64,000 nucleotides of DNA from the human T2T-CHM13v2.0 reference genome, Homo sapiens. Made by a program: the position numbers and the translations under genes. The notes below the pieces were generated by a model that was not told where the DNA came from, made no database searches, and saw only the letters and a program-made list of their open reading frames with translations. The stretch lies in NCBI RefSeq assembly GCF_009914755.1, contig NC_060938.1. One strand, given 5' to 3'. Below, in pieces: positions 13,462 to 30,814 of this stretch (its first letter is position 1; every line of letters begins with the position of its first letter).

Positions 13462-15824
13462 TTAATTTAAAAAATAAAAATAGCATAGCATGGGCATGAG
13501 GCAAGCCCCAGATTAGGTCATAAAGGGACCAAATTTGATGGAAGCCTTCAGCCTCAGGGACTCTGGTGCAAAGAAAGCTGCTGGCTCAATAAAGGGATAC
13601 ATACATATATATATTTTTTAATTGATACATGGCATTTTACATGTTTATGGAGTATGGACTTTTTTGACTCAGCACTAGGAAGATAGCTCCTGAGAGCTCT
13701 GAAATCTAAGGGAACATGTCCAGCCATACCCAGTGATTATGCCCAGGGGAGAGGAATGAGCCAATTGGTTTGAGCAAATTGGGGCCCAGCCCTAGGGGTG
13801 AGGGTGGGCTTGCCTTTGTCTGAATAGCACAGCACGTTGGGAGAGGAATGAGTTTCAGTAGGTGAGAACCTGTTTGTGGAGGTTGTTGTCTCCTAACAGG
13901 AGCAGGATCCACCTTGCCAGTGGCTTGGGTCAAGAGGATAAGCTGCCTGGGACCCAGCAAAAGGCTCAGATGGGGACTACTGGTTCTTTTCCTGTTCCAT
14001 TTGGACTGAAGCCCTCACCACTGTGTGGACAAAGAGCTCCTTGCCTTGCCTTTTGGGGAAGCTCTTGGATCCTCCCTGGATGGCCTGGCCATATTCTGGC
14101 CCCATGACTAGGTAGGATTTAGGAGGGCATCTGTGTGCTAGGGTTCTGATTCAATTGTGACTTAGGGCTTTGTGAATGGTGGGTGGGGACAGTGGATGGT
14201 GGAAGAGGATGGGAAACAGTGGTTCTGTGGATCTCAGAGCTGGCATAGCATGTGTGTTGTGTTGTGTAATGGGTTGGGTATGGAAATCTTACCCCAGACG
14301 CAGCCTGATGATTTTCTGGTTTTATTCTTGCTCTGCCAAATGCATGAGCTAGAATCACAAGTGAGACATCATTCAAAGTATGGCTTCTCCCTGTCACCTA
14401 GGGCCCTCAGACGACATAGACATGTTTTTAACTGTGACATTTGCTCTGGAAACGTTCCTGATTACTGACATTACAGTAGCATTTAGAGGTCACCTTTGAG
14501 TTTGCAGAAAGGGTGAAAATAAAATAGAAAATGAAAATTAAATATCCCAGGCTGCCTCTCCATCCCTTCATTCATCACATTTTTTGTTAAACACCCTCTA
14601 TTGGGATGAAGTAAACTATAGTTGTAAAGCTTACCTAACTTTGAAATACTGTATGTTGAAAACTCTAGCTTTGCTACCTATAGCTGTGTGACCTTGAGCA
14701 AGTCAGTTAGCCTTCCTGCATCTCAGCTTCATCATCTGTAAAATTGGGACGATGTTAGACCCCTCTTTCTGGGGTTGTTGTGAGGCTTGAGATACTCTGC
14801 ATAAAGCTCATACATTTTACTATGATGAGTATTATCATGTGCCAGCCTGCAGAGATCAGTGTGAGCCCTGCCCTCATGGAGCTTATAATCTGGTTGGGAA
14901 GACAGATGTTAATTAAATGATCATACAAATATAAAATTACCTATGCAGGAACCCAACCTCATGTAAGGGATTAGAGCAACCTTCCTGAGGAAGCAGGATT
15001 TGCACTCAGACCTGAAGGATATCTGCATTGACTAGCTGAAACAGGGCAGAGAGAGATTCTAGTCCAGGTAGAGGAGCTGGTGCAAACTCCCCATGGTCAC
15101 TTGAAAGACAGAAAGGAGCTCAGTGTAGCAAAGTCCTGAGGAACAAGCTGGTGACAAGGGTCAGACCATTAGACAGAGCCCATGTGCAGAACCTTGTGGG
15201 CTGTGCTTAGGATTTTTACCTCTAATTTAAAGCAAGGAGAAGTCACTGCAGGGTGTTAAGCAGGACGTTTTCCAAAGATGGCTGGCTATCATGGAAAATA
15301 GCTAGGAGCAGAGCTGCATGGAAGCTATTAGGAGGCATGAGTCATACTTTTTCAGAGGCCAGTATCTCCCCAACTCCCTTGATGAAGATGGGGATGCCTG
15401 CATATGAAAATACAGGTACCTAGGACCCACCTCAGACCTGAGGGATAAAAACGGGGTTGGTACTGGTGACGTTTGTTATGGGACAAGTTTGGGAAATACT
15501 GCTATGGGATGGGTAAAAATGAAGAGAGCCTAATTTTGAAAAGTATGTTCCAGAAGAGCTAAGACTATGACTTGGTTTGACCATGAATATTGTATTTTGC
15601 CCATGACTTTGTGTTTTGTTGAGAATGATAAAACTAGAACAAGTGCAGGGATGTAAGTCAACTCAAAACCAGTTAGCAGTGACATTCATTCATTTGCCTT
15701 CCCAAGGTGGGTCTCCAGGAAAGATGCCAAATGCTCCATGTGCCCCGTTCTCCCACATTTTAAATTAATGTTTCACTGATTCAGGCCCCAGGTCTCTGAT
15801 TTGTACCCCAGAGGTTTCCTGTCA

Positions 15825-16378
<554 letters not shown>

Positions 16379-16595
16379 TTATTGGGGTTAAATGAAAAGA
16401 TAAAGTGTATTACATATTCGGCGCATAGTAGATGCTCAAGATACACTAGGGTATCCTACCCTCTCCTTACTTTCCCATACACATTTTTTTTTCTTACCAC
16501 TGTGAGTACAATGTAGAAAGAACCTGGACCTTAATAGAGAGATGTGTCATTCCTAGCTTTGTGTAGACAGGATTTTCCACCAACGTTCATCTGCT

Positions 16596-16641
16596 CATCC
16601 ATCCATCCATCCATCCATCCATCCATCCATCCATCCATCAT
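16596..16641. repeat. (CCAT)n tetranucleotide microsatellite
   Basis: About 11 CCAT units. Confidence 0.95.
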
Positions 16642-18281
16642 GACTATGGAACAGACCTATATACTAGGAACTAGAAATAGACTCTCCCTAAACACTGCTC
16701 TTAAGAAGCAGGAAAAAAATATGTATTGAAAAAACAAAAGAGGAAGCAGCTTACAGTCTAATCCTGATGTTTTGGTTTTCCACACTGGGCATAAATGTAC
16801 CTCCATAGCCAATTTCCTCCTTGAGAAAGGTTACCATGAGACAGTGTTGCTGCCCAGCTGGGGTTACTGTAGGCCACTGCTAAGGCCCACCCATCCAACC
16901 TGCTGCCTGGAGAAGGCTTAAAAGCCGGAGTTGGGGTGGAACAGCACTCACTCAAGCTTGGTGTATAGATGGAATGAACAGAGTCCAGCTGCCCCAGAGG
17001 AGGAGGGCATACAGTGTAGCACCAGCTGGGAGGATTTCTTTAATGGGGCAGAAGATTAACTGAGAATTAAGATATCCTGTGTTGGGACCTCAGAGCTTTA
17101 ATTTTCCTTTGGAAATGAAAGAGTCACAGAGCCTCAGATGATGTCTGTATCTTTCCTCACTCTTGCAAATGGGACCCTGGGAGATTCTACTTAACTTCCA
17201 GACCTCCAACTCCAAAGTGCTTAGAAGGCCATATATGAGCTGGAGTGGGCCCAGCTTCCCAGCTATGAAGAAGGTTGCATTTGCCCCTCTGCTTGTGGCT
17301 GGTTTCTACCTTCAATTAAAGTCTTGAAGATGAGCAGTAGGAAGCCTGACTCTGACAAACCAGTATGACCAAGGATCAGCTAAAGCTCCAAGGACACAAA
17401 AGAGGCCTCTGTTCTGCAGAAGCCTGCCTGCCTGGGCCTTTCTCCAGGCTCTTAGCCTGGGATGCACTGGCCAGAGAAGCCAGGAGATCTGCTTTCTCAC
17501 CTCCACTCTGCTAGAACTCTGGGTGACCCTCAACAAGTCACAGAGCTCAATTAACCTCACTTGGCCTTTGTTTTCTCCTGTAATTATTGGGTTTGTAATT
17601 ATAATAAACGATTACAGATGAACTTTCAAACTGTAATATTCTATCATTTTAACCCACAAATATGGCCAGTTGTGTTATCTGTTGTATTTTTGTTTTAACA
17701 TTTTTCCTGCTAACAGATTATTAAGCTCCTTGAAGGCAGAAACTCTGTCTTATACCTCTTGGTACTTTCTAAAATATCTAGCAGAGTACGTTTTAAAGAT
17801 GCATTTGGTTAATTGATTACATACTGGTATAAAGAACTCTACACAGCAACTATGAGTGACCACTTTTGTGAATATTCCAGAACTGAGAACCACTAGTAAA
17901 CATCTTGAATGGCTGTAATTGACAGAAGGAAAAACGAATCAAGGGGGTCAGCAGATTGGCAGTTGATGGATGATGTGAAAGTGAGGAGCGAAAGCAAATT
18001 GTTTCTTTACCTGTAGCTCTTTCAAGTACAACAAAGGAAAAATGAGACCTTACGACAAAGGAATTACTCATCTTCCTTCACTCTTGGAATCTGAAGCTTG
18101 CCTGAGTTCACAAGCTATTTTCCCATTTCCGCCTCAATATTATGTGCAGCAGAAGGGCTTTTGGGAATTGTATCACAGCCAGTCAGTACTGAAGCCAAGC
18201 CTTTCTGACCTCGGAAACACCCAAGTCATGTTATCTGTCGGTCACTGGAGTTTGGACTCCAACCCAGATAAGAAATGGTTT

Positions 18282-18561
<280 letters not shown>

Positions 18562-19196
18562 TTAATTTGTTGGGGGTGTGTGTGTGTTTATAGCCATTTT
18601 TTACGTGCCTATCTCCTATGTGTATAAATTTATGCAGTTATGTGTGACTTCACACTACAGATGCTTTAGAAGTTACTACGTTATTCACACAATAAACTGA
18701 AGCTTCCATGCTTGTAAATGTGGTAACAGCTTTAGCCTTCCAACTCTTACTGAATGCAAGTTCTTGGGCTTGCAGGGTATAGAATTTCTCCCCAGCTGGG
18801 CTCTCAGCTCTGGGTTAACAGATTCAGTGAAACTAAAAATTTGAGTAGCACAAGAAAATAATGATCAATGTTATTTTAGTCTACTCCAGATATGGGAGTA
18901 GAGGAACCATTTTTCATCAATTTGCAGCTAGAGAAGAGCCAGCCCGCACTGAGACCATCAACTACATGTTCTTATAATAGGCATTGATAGTGAGGGTGGT
19001 CAGAAGGATGTATGAGCCAAAATGTCAGTCAGAAGAAAGATTTCTCTGGTGTTTTGAGGTGAGAAATAATCCCTGCATGGGTGTTAGGAAGGATTGGAAG
19101 TTGGAAATTAGATTTCTTATTAGGAATCTCTTTACATTTGTGTTGTCACCTCTTGGCCATTGGTAACTGTGATTGGGTTGTCTCTGTCTTCTATAG

Positions 19197-19338
19197 CTTG
19201 GAATTGCGATTGGGTTCTTGGTCCCTCCTGTTTTGGTACCCAACATTGAAGACCGGGACGAGCTTGCCTACCACATCAGCATCATGTTCTATATAATAGG
19301 AGGTGTGGCCACTCTCCTCCTCATCCTTGTCATCATTG
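19197..19338 (+). CDS. FLVCR2: FLVCR2 exon 2 ([47 protein letters not shown])
   Basis: ctatag| acceptor, |gtaagg donor, 142 nt, hydrophobic MFS helices. Confidence 0.95.
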
Positions 19339-19989
19339 GTAAGGTCATTAGTAAACAGATGGGGTAGCAGGGGGCGAAGGGGCAGGGAGATTCTGCTGAC
19401 TTTGATGGGACCCTTGTGAACATGCCCTGAAATACCATGGATATTTACAGAAACTGGAGTCTGGGCTTCTTATGGTCTTCAAATGTTTTAGCCTGGGCAG
19501 TTGTCCCCACACAGTGGTAGCTGGTCCTATGCACTTTGTTAGTGGCTAAGGAAAGGTTTAATTGTCATTAACCAGTTCCCCAGTCCTACCTCATCAGAAG
19601 TAATGGGTAGAGTGCTAGTCCCCTTGATGAAACCCACTGAGCACTTAGGCCATCACAGGCACTGTACTGAGCATGCCTGATTTCATTTAGTTGTCAACAG
19701 CCCTATCAGTGAGGCACCACTATCAGTCCTATTTAACAAAGAGAAAAATGAGACTTAAGGGAAGTTATATAAACTGTTTGAGATTAGATAGCTCGTAAGT
19801 GGCAGAGATTGGATTCAAGTCTAAGCTTGTCTATGTCCCTATTCTAAATTTCTAAAAAAAAAAAACTGAAATTAATCCATAAAACTAATAATTTCATAGA
19901 TTAACCTGACAGTACTTGGGGATCATAGTTCTTTAATGCCTTTTAAAAAAATTATAAGAGTAACATATGCTTATTATAGAAAAATCTAG

Positions 19990-20442
<453 letters not shown>

Positions 20443-20885
20443 TGAGGTATTTGGTAAGATAATTTTACATCCCTTTTTTTCAGCTGGGTGATATTATATG
20501 GGCTATGATAAACTTAGAACCAGCAAGACAGAGGTTTTTATTTTCAGTTAGTCACCTGTCTAAAGGTTAACCAGCTTTCTTCCTAATACTTGAAAGTTCC
20601 ACCTCACATGTTAAAGGTTTCATTCCTGCCTACTGACCCCACCTCCAGAGTCAAGCAGTTATATAATTGGGTACCTCATTCAACCGTTCTCATTGCATTG
20701 TTCCCCACCAAGAATCCAGGATGAGAAAGCTTTTGCTGCTTTTCCATCATGTGTTGCTAGTGTGTTTTTTCAGTTCTCTGTGGTATGTTATTTGCTGGTT
20801 ATTATGAGTTTCCTTGATCTTTGAACACTGCCTGGGAGGTCCAGTGATTTCAGCCTTCCAGAGGTGATTTAAAAAAAAATAATCA

Positions 20886-21498
<613 letters not shown>

Positions 21499-21729
21499 AT
21501 GGCATAAAAAATAAAAAAGTGAATGGTATCAAAGGACCATTCACTCAGCCTCAAACAATGAGAAGCAGCTTCAAGAAGGGGGCTGTTAAGGGTTTAATTA
21601 AAGAATTACTATTTCCTTTGGGAGTCTTAGCTCCTCTCAGATGATGGAGCAGCTTTCATTCATGTGGAACCAGCTCTTCTGGGGTGGGACCATGGGAATT
21701 TTCAGCCATCTCTGTTTTTTTCCTTTCAG

Positions 21730-21870
21730 TGTTCAAGGAGAAACCTAAATATCCCCCCAGCAGGGCCCAATCCCTGAGCTATGCCTTGACCTCTCCTGAT
21801 GCCTCATACTTAGGTTCCATCGCCCGGCTCTTCAAAAATCTCAACTTTGTGCTGCTTGTCATCACCTATG
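21730..21870 (+). CDS. FLVCR2: FLVCR2 exon 3 ([46 protein letters not shown])
   Basis: tttcag| and |gtaagg, 141 nt, phase 1-1; central loop leading into the next helix. Confidence 0.95.
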
Positions 21871-23088
21871 GTAAGGTGTCAATGTGTCTAGGAATGCATT
21901 CGAGCTGGAAATGTTAGATGAGAGGCCTGATGTGTCTTCATATATTACTCTTTCTAAATCCCAAATGTGCATGTAAAGCTGTTGTCTAGGGTCAATCCAG
22001 AGGACCCAGCTATGCCCAAGGGCCTTTGCATGTGTTGTAAAGTCCACCTAGAAAATAATTTCTTCCCATGTCAGGTTATCTGACAAATGCCTGTTGGTCC
22101 TCCAAGTCTCATCTCAGTATCACTTTTGTAAAGCAGTAGTAGGTAACTTTCCCTCTCTTACCATGCTATTCCTTGTACATCTTAACACCTGTCATTAAAA
22201 AAAAATTTTTTTGCAGGTCTATTTCCCCATTAGACTGAACTCTCTGAGTGTGGATTTATGTTTTTCATCTTTATAGTTCCTCAGCAGTGTCAGGCCTCGA
22301 GTGACTATTCCAGTAGTTACTGAATTAGTTAATTAATTAATGCATGCATGCATATATGTGTCTTGCCACATGAGTCACTCCTCAACCAGTCCTCCCTCAT
22401 CCTGTAATTGACTTCTATTTTATCTGAATGCACAACAACATCCCTCTTTCATTTCATTTGCTTGGCTCTTGGAAAGATAAATTGGAATCTTTATGCTAAC
22501 ATGTTGGCTTTCTTTCCCCGCATGGTGTTTTCTGTATCTTATTTCAAACCTGTAATAAGATTGTTGGATCGAACAAGGGCAAAGACAGAGCCTCATAGCA
22601 TTCCACTAAAGAGTGTCCTCCAGATGAATGCCAGTCTATTAGTTAGTACCCTTAGTTCAAGCTGCTACATATTTACCCACCTTTATTGCTATTCAGCCTA
22701 CATTTGGTCATTTAATCCACCAGTTAAAGTTTGATTAAAACTAAGCGTTAGCAAATCTGTGACATGTACCGTAACCATATGAAACAAAGAAATGAAATTG
22801 GTTTGACATGACTTATTCTTAGTGAAACCCCAGTTGGCCATGGCTTCATGTTGCCTATAGACTCAAAAGCTATTGTTTTATGTTTTATAACAACAATAGT
22901 GCTTACTATGTGTCAGGTGCTTTTCATATCTGATTTTATTTAACTTCCAGTACACCTATGTGATGTTGGTACTAAAATTATCCCTATTTAACAGATGAGG
23001 AAACTAAACTCAAAGTGGCCAAATAACTAGCCCAAGGTCACACAACTTTCAAGTGGCAGAGCCAGAGTTCAAATACAAGTTTGTCTAA

Positions 23089-23437
<349 letters not shown>

Positions 23438-24377
23438 TAATTGCTGATGTTCCTTCCTAGAATTGTGCCAGAGTTTCATTTTAGGCTCAACAATACATTT
23501 TATCTCAACTAAAATGTTTATCTGCTGAAACACTAGATAAGAGGTGGCTTCATCCTGGTAGAGGGGCAATCCTGTTTTTCAGGCATACATAGAAATTAGG
23601 TGACCTTTCATCTGGAATAGCTGTAGGTTTGTCTTCAAGATCTTGGTCCTCCGTTCCTCATTTCCTCCAGTTTCTCAATTCTCTGAGTATGTCTCCCCAT
23701 TCATCCGCAAAATAAAGACAAAGTTTCCAATGCTTAGAGAAGTCCAACTAAGGAAGTTACAAGTTCCCCATCACCGGAAGGTATTCAAGCATAGATGGGA
23801 CTAACCACTTGATGGGAATGTTGTAGGGGATCTCAGGCTAAAGATGGATAGTGAAACCAGATGGCCTTTGGGGGCCCTTCTAGACTCAGGATTCCATGAC
23901 TCTAAGAGCTTTTACTTTCGCTAGAGTTGGACATCATGAGTGCATTGACCTCTGACAACCATAAATCTTGCTGCATCTAACAAGAGGATATTTGAGGCCT
24001 ACCTGGGATTCTAGGGCAGATGAGTGCTTCATAAATATTTTCTATAGCTGAAAATGGTGACAGTGGTGATAACTGGGCAATGGTCCCATTCCAAAGGCTG
24101 TGGTCCTCAGTGCTGGAGGTTGTTGGTCTTAGGGCCAGGTCACTGACTCATGAGAACAAGAAACAGAGACAAAATGTACCAGAAACATTGTTGCTCCTGG
24201 TCATCGAGGGGTCAAGCCTAGGCCATGCTGTGGGGAGCAAAGCTACTCCTCCTCCTTCCTCTCACATGCCTGTTTGCTTACGTGGTCTTTAATCTGACAA
24301 AGTAGTTTTAATCCTGTACTTCTGGACACTTTTCCTTATCTATTTGATTAAATGATAACCGAGGAAATAAATAGGAA

Positions 24378-24960
24378 AGCACTTCTTGAATGGTGGAGTA
24401 AGGACCTTAGAAAATCCGCTCCTCTATAGAAACAAGAACAATGGCAAAAAATATCCAAATGAATTTTTTCAGAACTTTTAACAAATGGCTTGCAACAATC
24501 CAAGCAGCATTTATTCAAGAGAAATGGCTAAATATCAGTAACAACAGTGGGCCTTGTGTTTTCACTTGCCCTATTCCAATCCCTTTCTCCCTACTACAGC
24601 CTTGCAGCCATGGGGCTGTGACATCCAGCAGCCTCGCAGCCGTGGAGCTGTGAAAACCAACTGTCTCATAGCCATTGGAGGGAGCAAAGTCGATTTGGAG
24701 CTCCACCCCTGAGAATTACTATTTGACCTACCTAGCAGGTCCCCGGAAAAGCCCTATTCATAGGACATGTTGCTATTTAACCTGACTTGGAGTTTGCTAA
24801 TGGGAAAAGCCCTATTGCCAGGGCATTTGTTGAAAACAGTCAATGGCACTGCTTAACATTGTAGCTGCCTGCAGTGGGGATAACAGTTGGGGTGAACAAG
24901 AGGCTGCCTGAAAATGCTGAAAGGAAACTCTGGAGAATGTGATGTCCATATGGGGTTCTT
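24378..24960 (+). mobile_element. Ancient L1 5'-region fragment (L1M-type)
   Basis: ACTTC...AATGGTGGAGTAAGGA start and TTTTTCAGAACT...GGCTTGCAACAATCC...TTTATTCAAGA motifs recalled from old L1 5' ends. Confidence 0.55.
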
Positions 24961-25146
24961 TGCCAAAAAGAAAATGATTCTTAGACTTAATCACAGATTT
25001 GAAAAAATTTTTGACGGAGGAATCATGTTAATTGCTTTACATGCATTATCTCATTTAATTTTCAAAACAAACCCATGACATAGCCCTTTGTTTCATTTTA
25101 TACATGAGGAAACTGAGGCTCTAGAGTTTTAGCTTCTTGCCTATAG

Positions 25147-25695
<549 letters not shown>

Positions 25696-26284
25696 TAAGC
25701 AGGCAACAGCATTTCACAGGCACATGTACTGGACATGGGTGGACATGTCTTGGGTTAAGAGCCTTGAGTGCTGGACTCGTAAGTTCAGAGTTGGCTCATA
25801 AGAAATGGGAGGTCTGAGTTTTGGTGTCAGCTCTGCCAGATACTGAGTGTACCACCTTCATCCATCTGTGCTGCCCATCCTTCATCTCTTTAATACTCTC
25901 CACCCCCACTAGAAAACAGTAATGATACTTATTTCCCATTGGAGTGTTCTGAATGGAAGTGAAAGCTTTTAATGCAGTTGAGAATAAAGACATGGCATGC
26001 CTCCAGACTGCCAGTCTGCCATTGCCAGACTGCAATGCTATTGCATTGGTAAACTTACTGGTTTCCAGCGTTGCTTCTTTGGTCCAAACCAGATTTCACT
26101 AAGAGGGGGAGTAACTGTCCTGCAGCTGGTGGTATTGTATTTGTAGTGGCTTTTCAAGTGGTTCTCCCAGCTGATGAGTCAACTGCCCAGAACTGAGGTG
26201 CAGCGATAATTGAAGGCCTTGGAGGAAATCGAGGGTCCAAGTGTTGCTGGCTTTTCCCTAGACTTCTGGCTACACTCTTAGAGG

Positions 26285-26456
26285 TAGGGTTGAGAGATAA
26301 AATAAAGACCATCCAGTTAATCTGAATTTCAGATAAACAACAAATACTTTTAATATAAATATGTCTTATGCAATATTTGTGGCATATTTATACTAAGAAC
26401 TATTATTTATTATAAATGTATTTATTTGCTATTTTTTTTCAAAATCTGGCAATTCA
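26285..26456. mobile_element. MER53-like palindromic DNA-transposon fossil
   Basis: TAGGGTTG..AGATAAAATA...TGAATTTCAGATAAACAAC...AAATCTGGCAA matches the recalled MER53 consensus, with a deletion in the right arm. Confidence 0.7.
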
Positions 26457-26620
26457 GTTTAGAGGGGGAGAGGTGCAGGGGTGGAGCTCGTGCTTGATGT
26501 TGCGGAAATATCATATCAGTAAGAAACTGCCAGTAAAACACCCTTCCTCTCTCCTTTAACTTTGGCAATGTGGGAAGACTCAGGGAACCAGAAATTCCAC
26601 CTGTCTGCCAGTGTCTTTGG

Positions 26621-26766
26621 TGTGTTTCACAGTAGGGTAGGGTGGGATGGAGAAAGGAACCTTCCTCTGGCTACCTTCTCTTTGTGTCTCTGGTGTGTTT
26701 CACAGTAGGGTAGGGTGGGATGGAGAAAGGAACCTTCCTCTGGCTACCTTCTCTTTGTGTCTCTGG
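26621..26766. repeat. Perfect 73-bp tandem duplication (2 copies)
   Basis: 26621-26693 is identical to 26694-26766. Confidence 0.95.
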
Positions 26767-27209
26767 ATCTTGCATTCACATGGCCTCCTCTAATGTCTTA
26801 TTATCAATGGCATAACAACTGCCCTGTTGAAAAGAATTGTTGAAAAGGCTTCTCTTCTAGAAAATGGCATACTCAAAGGGCGTACTTTTCCCATAGTTAT
26901 GCCCCAGACTTGCTGCCAGCAAGATTATTCATGCTTCTGAATAAACTTGCAGTGCCTCTGGCATCTGAACTCAGAGCCTCAACTTGTGTATCCCAAGGTT
27001 CACCTTCCCTTGGGGCTCTCAGCACTTTATCATTGCTCCACCTACATGGACCTAGGGAGGGGGCTTCATGCCCCCTCTAAAATCCTGGCTGAGGAGTGGG
27101 CATAAAATCCTCCAGATTCCTGGGAGCTTTGCCGAGGTCAAGCTGGCCCTTTAAAACAAGGACTAAAGGGAAACGCAGAATAACCAAAACCCAAAGATAT
27201 GATCTGGGG

Positions 27210-28530
<1,321 letters not shown>

Positions 28531-30746
28531 CTAAACCATTGAGCCCCAGAAAAACCACTCAGCTTCAGCAGTATGGGCCAACCTGTTCAGGACTCTGTTC
28601 CCCAGGTCTTTATCAGGACCAGTGAGCACTGGTGTATTTTTTTTGCTCCCAGTCCTTCTGGATAATTTCCTTTCTTTTTCTGTGGATTCTGCCATCCTTG
28701 GCTCATCCCAGTTAGCAAAGCAGCTGTTCCCCTGAAGCTAAGCCTGAGTTGGAACATTCCTTGCCCTTTGCAGTATCAGGCTAGGGCAGGCAAGAGGCTT
28801 AGAGAGGAGCGGGAGGAATGAATGGGAAGACGGGAGGAGACTATTTTCTTTCTTCTCCTTCCCACGCTCCACCTCACTTGGCTTTTCAGGAATGTCTCCT
28901 TACGGGATCTCTTCACTCGGAAATGGACTTTCTAAGTGGCTGAGTATGTACTATGAAGGGCAGATGGGAATGCTGCTTGAATGAGATGTTGCTGAGAGCC
29001 TCATGATCATTGCAACCATCAGCCTGTCAGTTGTAGTGATGTTTGGGGACATGTCTGGGTTGGTTGGCCCACTGTGGCTCACTGTGCTGCTCACTGTGTG
29101 CACAGTTGGCCCACTGTGCTGCTCAGGAGACTGCATTGAGCCCAACCTTGTAGCATCCCTGGGGTGAACTGCTGGGAGAGGCTGGGACATGAGGAAATTG
29201 TTCATGACCTGAGCTGGGAAAATCTGATTCAATAATCAGCTTTGTGAGGATGTAAAGCAGAGTGATTAAGATCAAGAAATCTGGAGCCACAGGGCCTGAG
29301 TTCAAATCCAGCTCCATCACTTAATACCTGTGTGATTGCAAAGCAAATTATTTCCCATTTTGCAAGATAATTTGACCTTCGCTTAACTTTGTATCTTTTA
29401 CTCCCTGGGAACCTGATAAAGGGAGTACGTCAACTACCTTTAGGCAACATTGCTTATGATAAAAATGTCCTCTGGTGATACAAATGGACAGAGAGACCTA
29501 TTCATTCTTGTGGGAAGCCATTCTTTGTGCTTCTTGGAGTACAATGACTCTTTTCACTGGCCTGTCACTTATGGGGCCCCTGGAAGCTACCCCTACGGAA
29601 TTGTTACAAGTAATAGTGGTGCCTGTGAGCATTAAGCCAGGGTGGTTGCCATACCCACCTTCCCTTGCACCTTAGCCATCATCTGAAAGACAGTAGCTTC
29701 CGGAAGGCTATATGAACTGGGGTTCTATGGATTGGTTCCATTGAAGAGGAACTCCTGAGGCTGCCCTGTCCACAAGCTATGTGTCCTGACTTACACCCTT
29801 CCAAGTAAATCTAATATGGAGTGTGCCGGTGGTAGTCTTGTGAGCCTCAATGTTTAGTTAAAGTTAGAAAGACCCCCGGTGGGCATTATGGAGTGGCAGT
29901 ACTTATTATTTTAACTGTGTGTGCATCTTTATTATCTCTAAAATGGTGACGATAATACTACCTACTTTCTAGAGTTGTCATAAAGTGTCTAATCCATAGG
30001 TATGTGCAGCCGCCATTGTCATCATCATCATCACCATTGAAGGGAGGCCAGGAGGCCTTTTCTCCTTTGGGTCAGTTCCAGTCTCAGCTACTCACTTGCT
30101 GTATGACTTTGGGCAAATGACCTTATTCGCTAAAGATACAGCCTTTCACAGCATATTCTAGGTGCTCCTTTGGTGAATGAATTGGTAAAGTAGGAGAGTC
30201 AACTGAATGCTCTTTAGGATCTCTTCTAGTTTCATGTAATAGATTTTGTGTGACATTGAATCAGCAAAGAAAGTTGGAGGAGGAATGGAGAAAGAGGAGA
30301 GAAATCACCTGCAGAGGGATGGTGTCAGATGTCAGAGGTCTGGAGCAGCCTCAAGAAGGGGCAGGGTCATCAGGAAGAGGAGGGTGTCCAGGACTTCTAC
30401 TGACCACCCCTTAGATCTACCCAACGCTTAAGAAGAATGTAGATGACTCTGCCCTGGGAGTAATACTCAACAGAATCTATTTTCCAGGGCAAATTAAAGG
30501 GATCAGAGAGCAATAGTGTGTGGCTAAGGGAAGGTTAAATGGTTACTTTTGGTTGTTTTGAAGTATTTCTTTGAGAAAACTGCAGAGTAGCCTCAGACCT
30601 CCCTGGAGTTTTCTTCTCTGAGGATACTGCTCAGAGTGGCAGTGAGATGAGGATTTCTGCCCACCCCCCAAATGCTGGGGGAGAAGTTAGCAATGGCCCC
30701 AGAAGAAAGCTGACCCTAATGTTGTATTTCTCGCTCCCTTCTTCAG

Positions 30747-30814
30747 GTCTGAATGCTGGTGCTTTTTATGCCTTGTCCACTCTTCTGAATCGCATGGTGA
30801 TCTGGCACTACCCG
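30747..30814 (+). CDS. FLVCR2: FLVCR2 exon 4 (GLNAGAFYALSTLLNRMVIWHYP)
   Basis: cttcag| and |gtaagg, 68 nt, phase 1-0. Confidence 0.95.

Noticed and set aside
26621-26766. CRISPR-like or other prokaryotic repeat system
   Set aside because: Two abutting copies with no spacers; the window is mammalian DNA with no cas-like ORFs.
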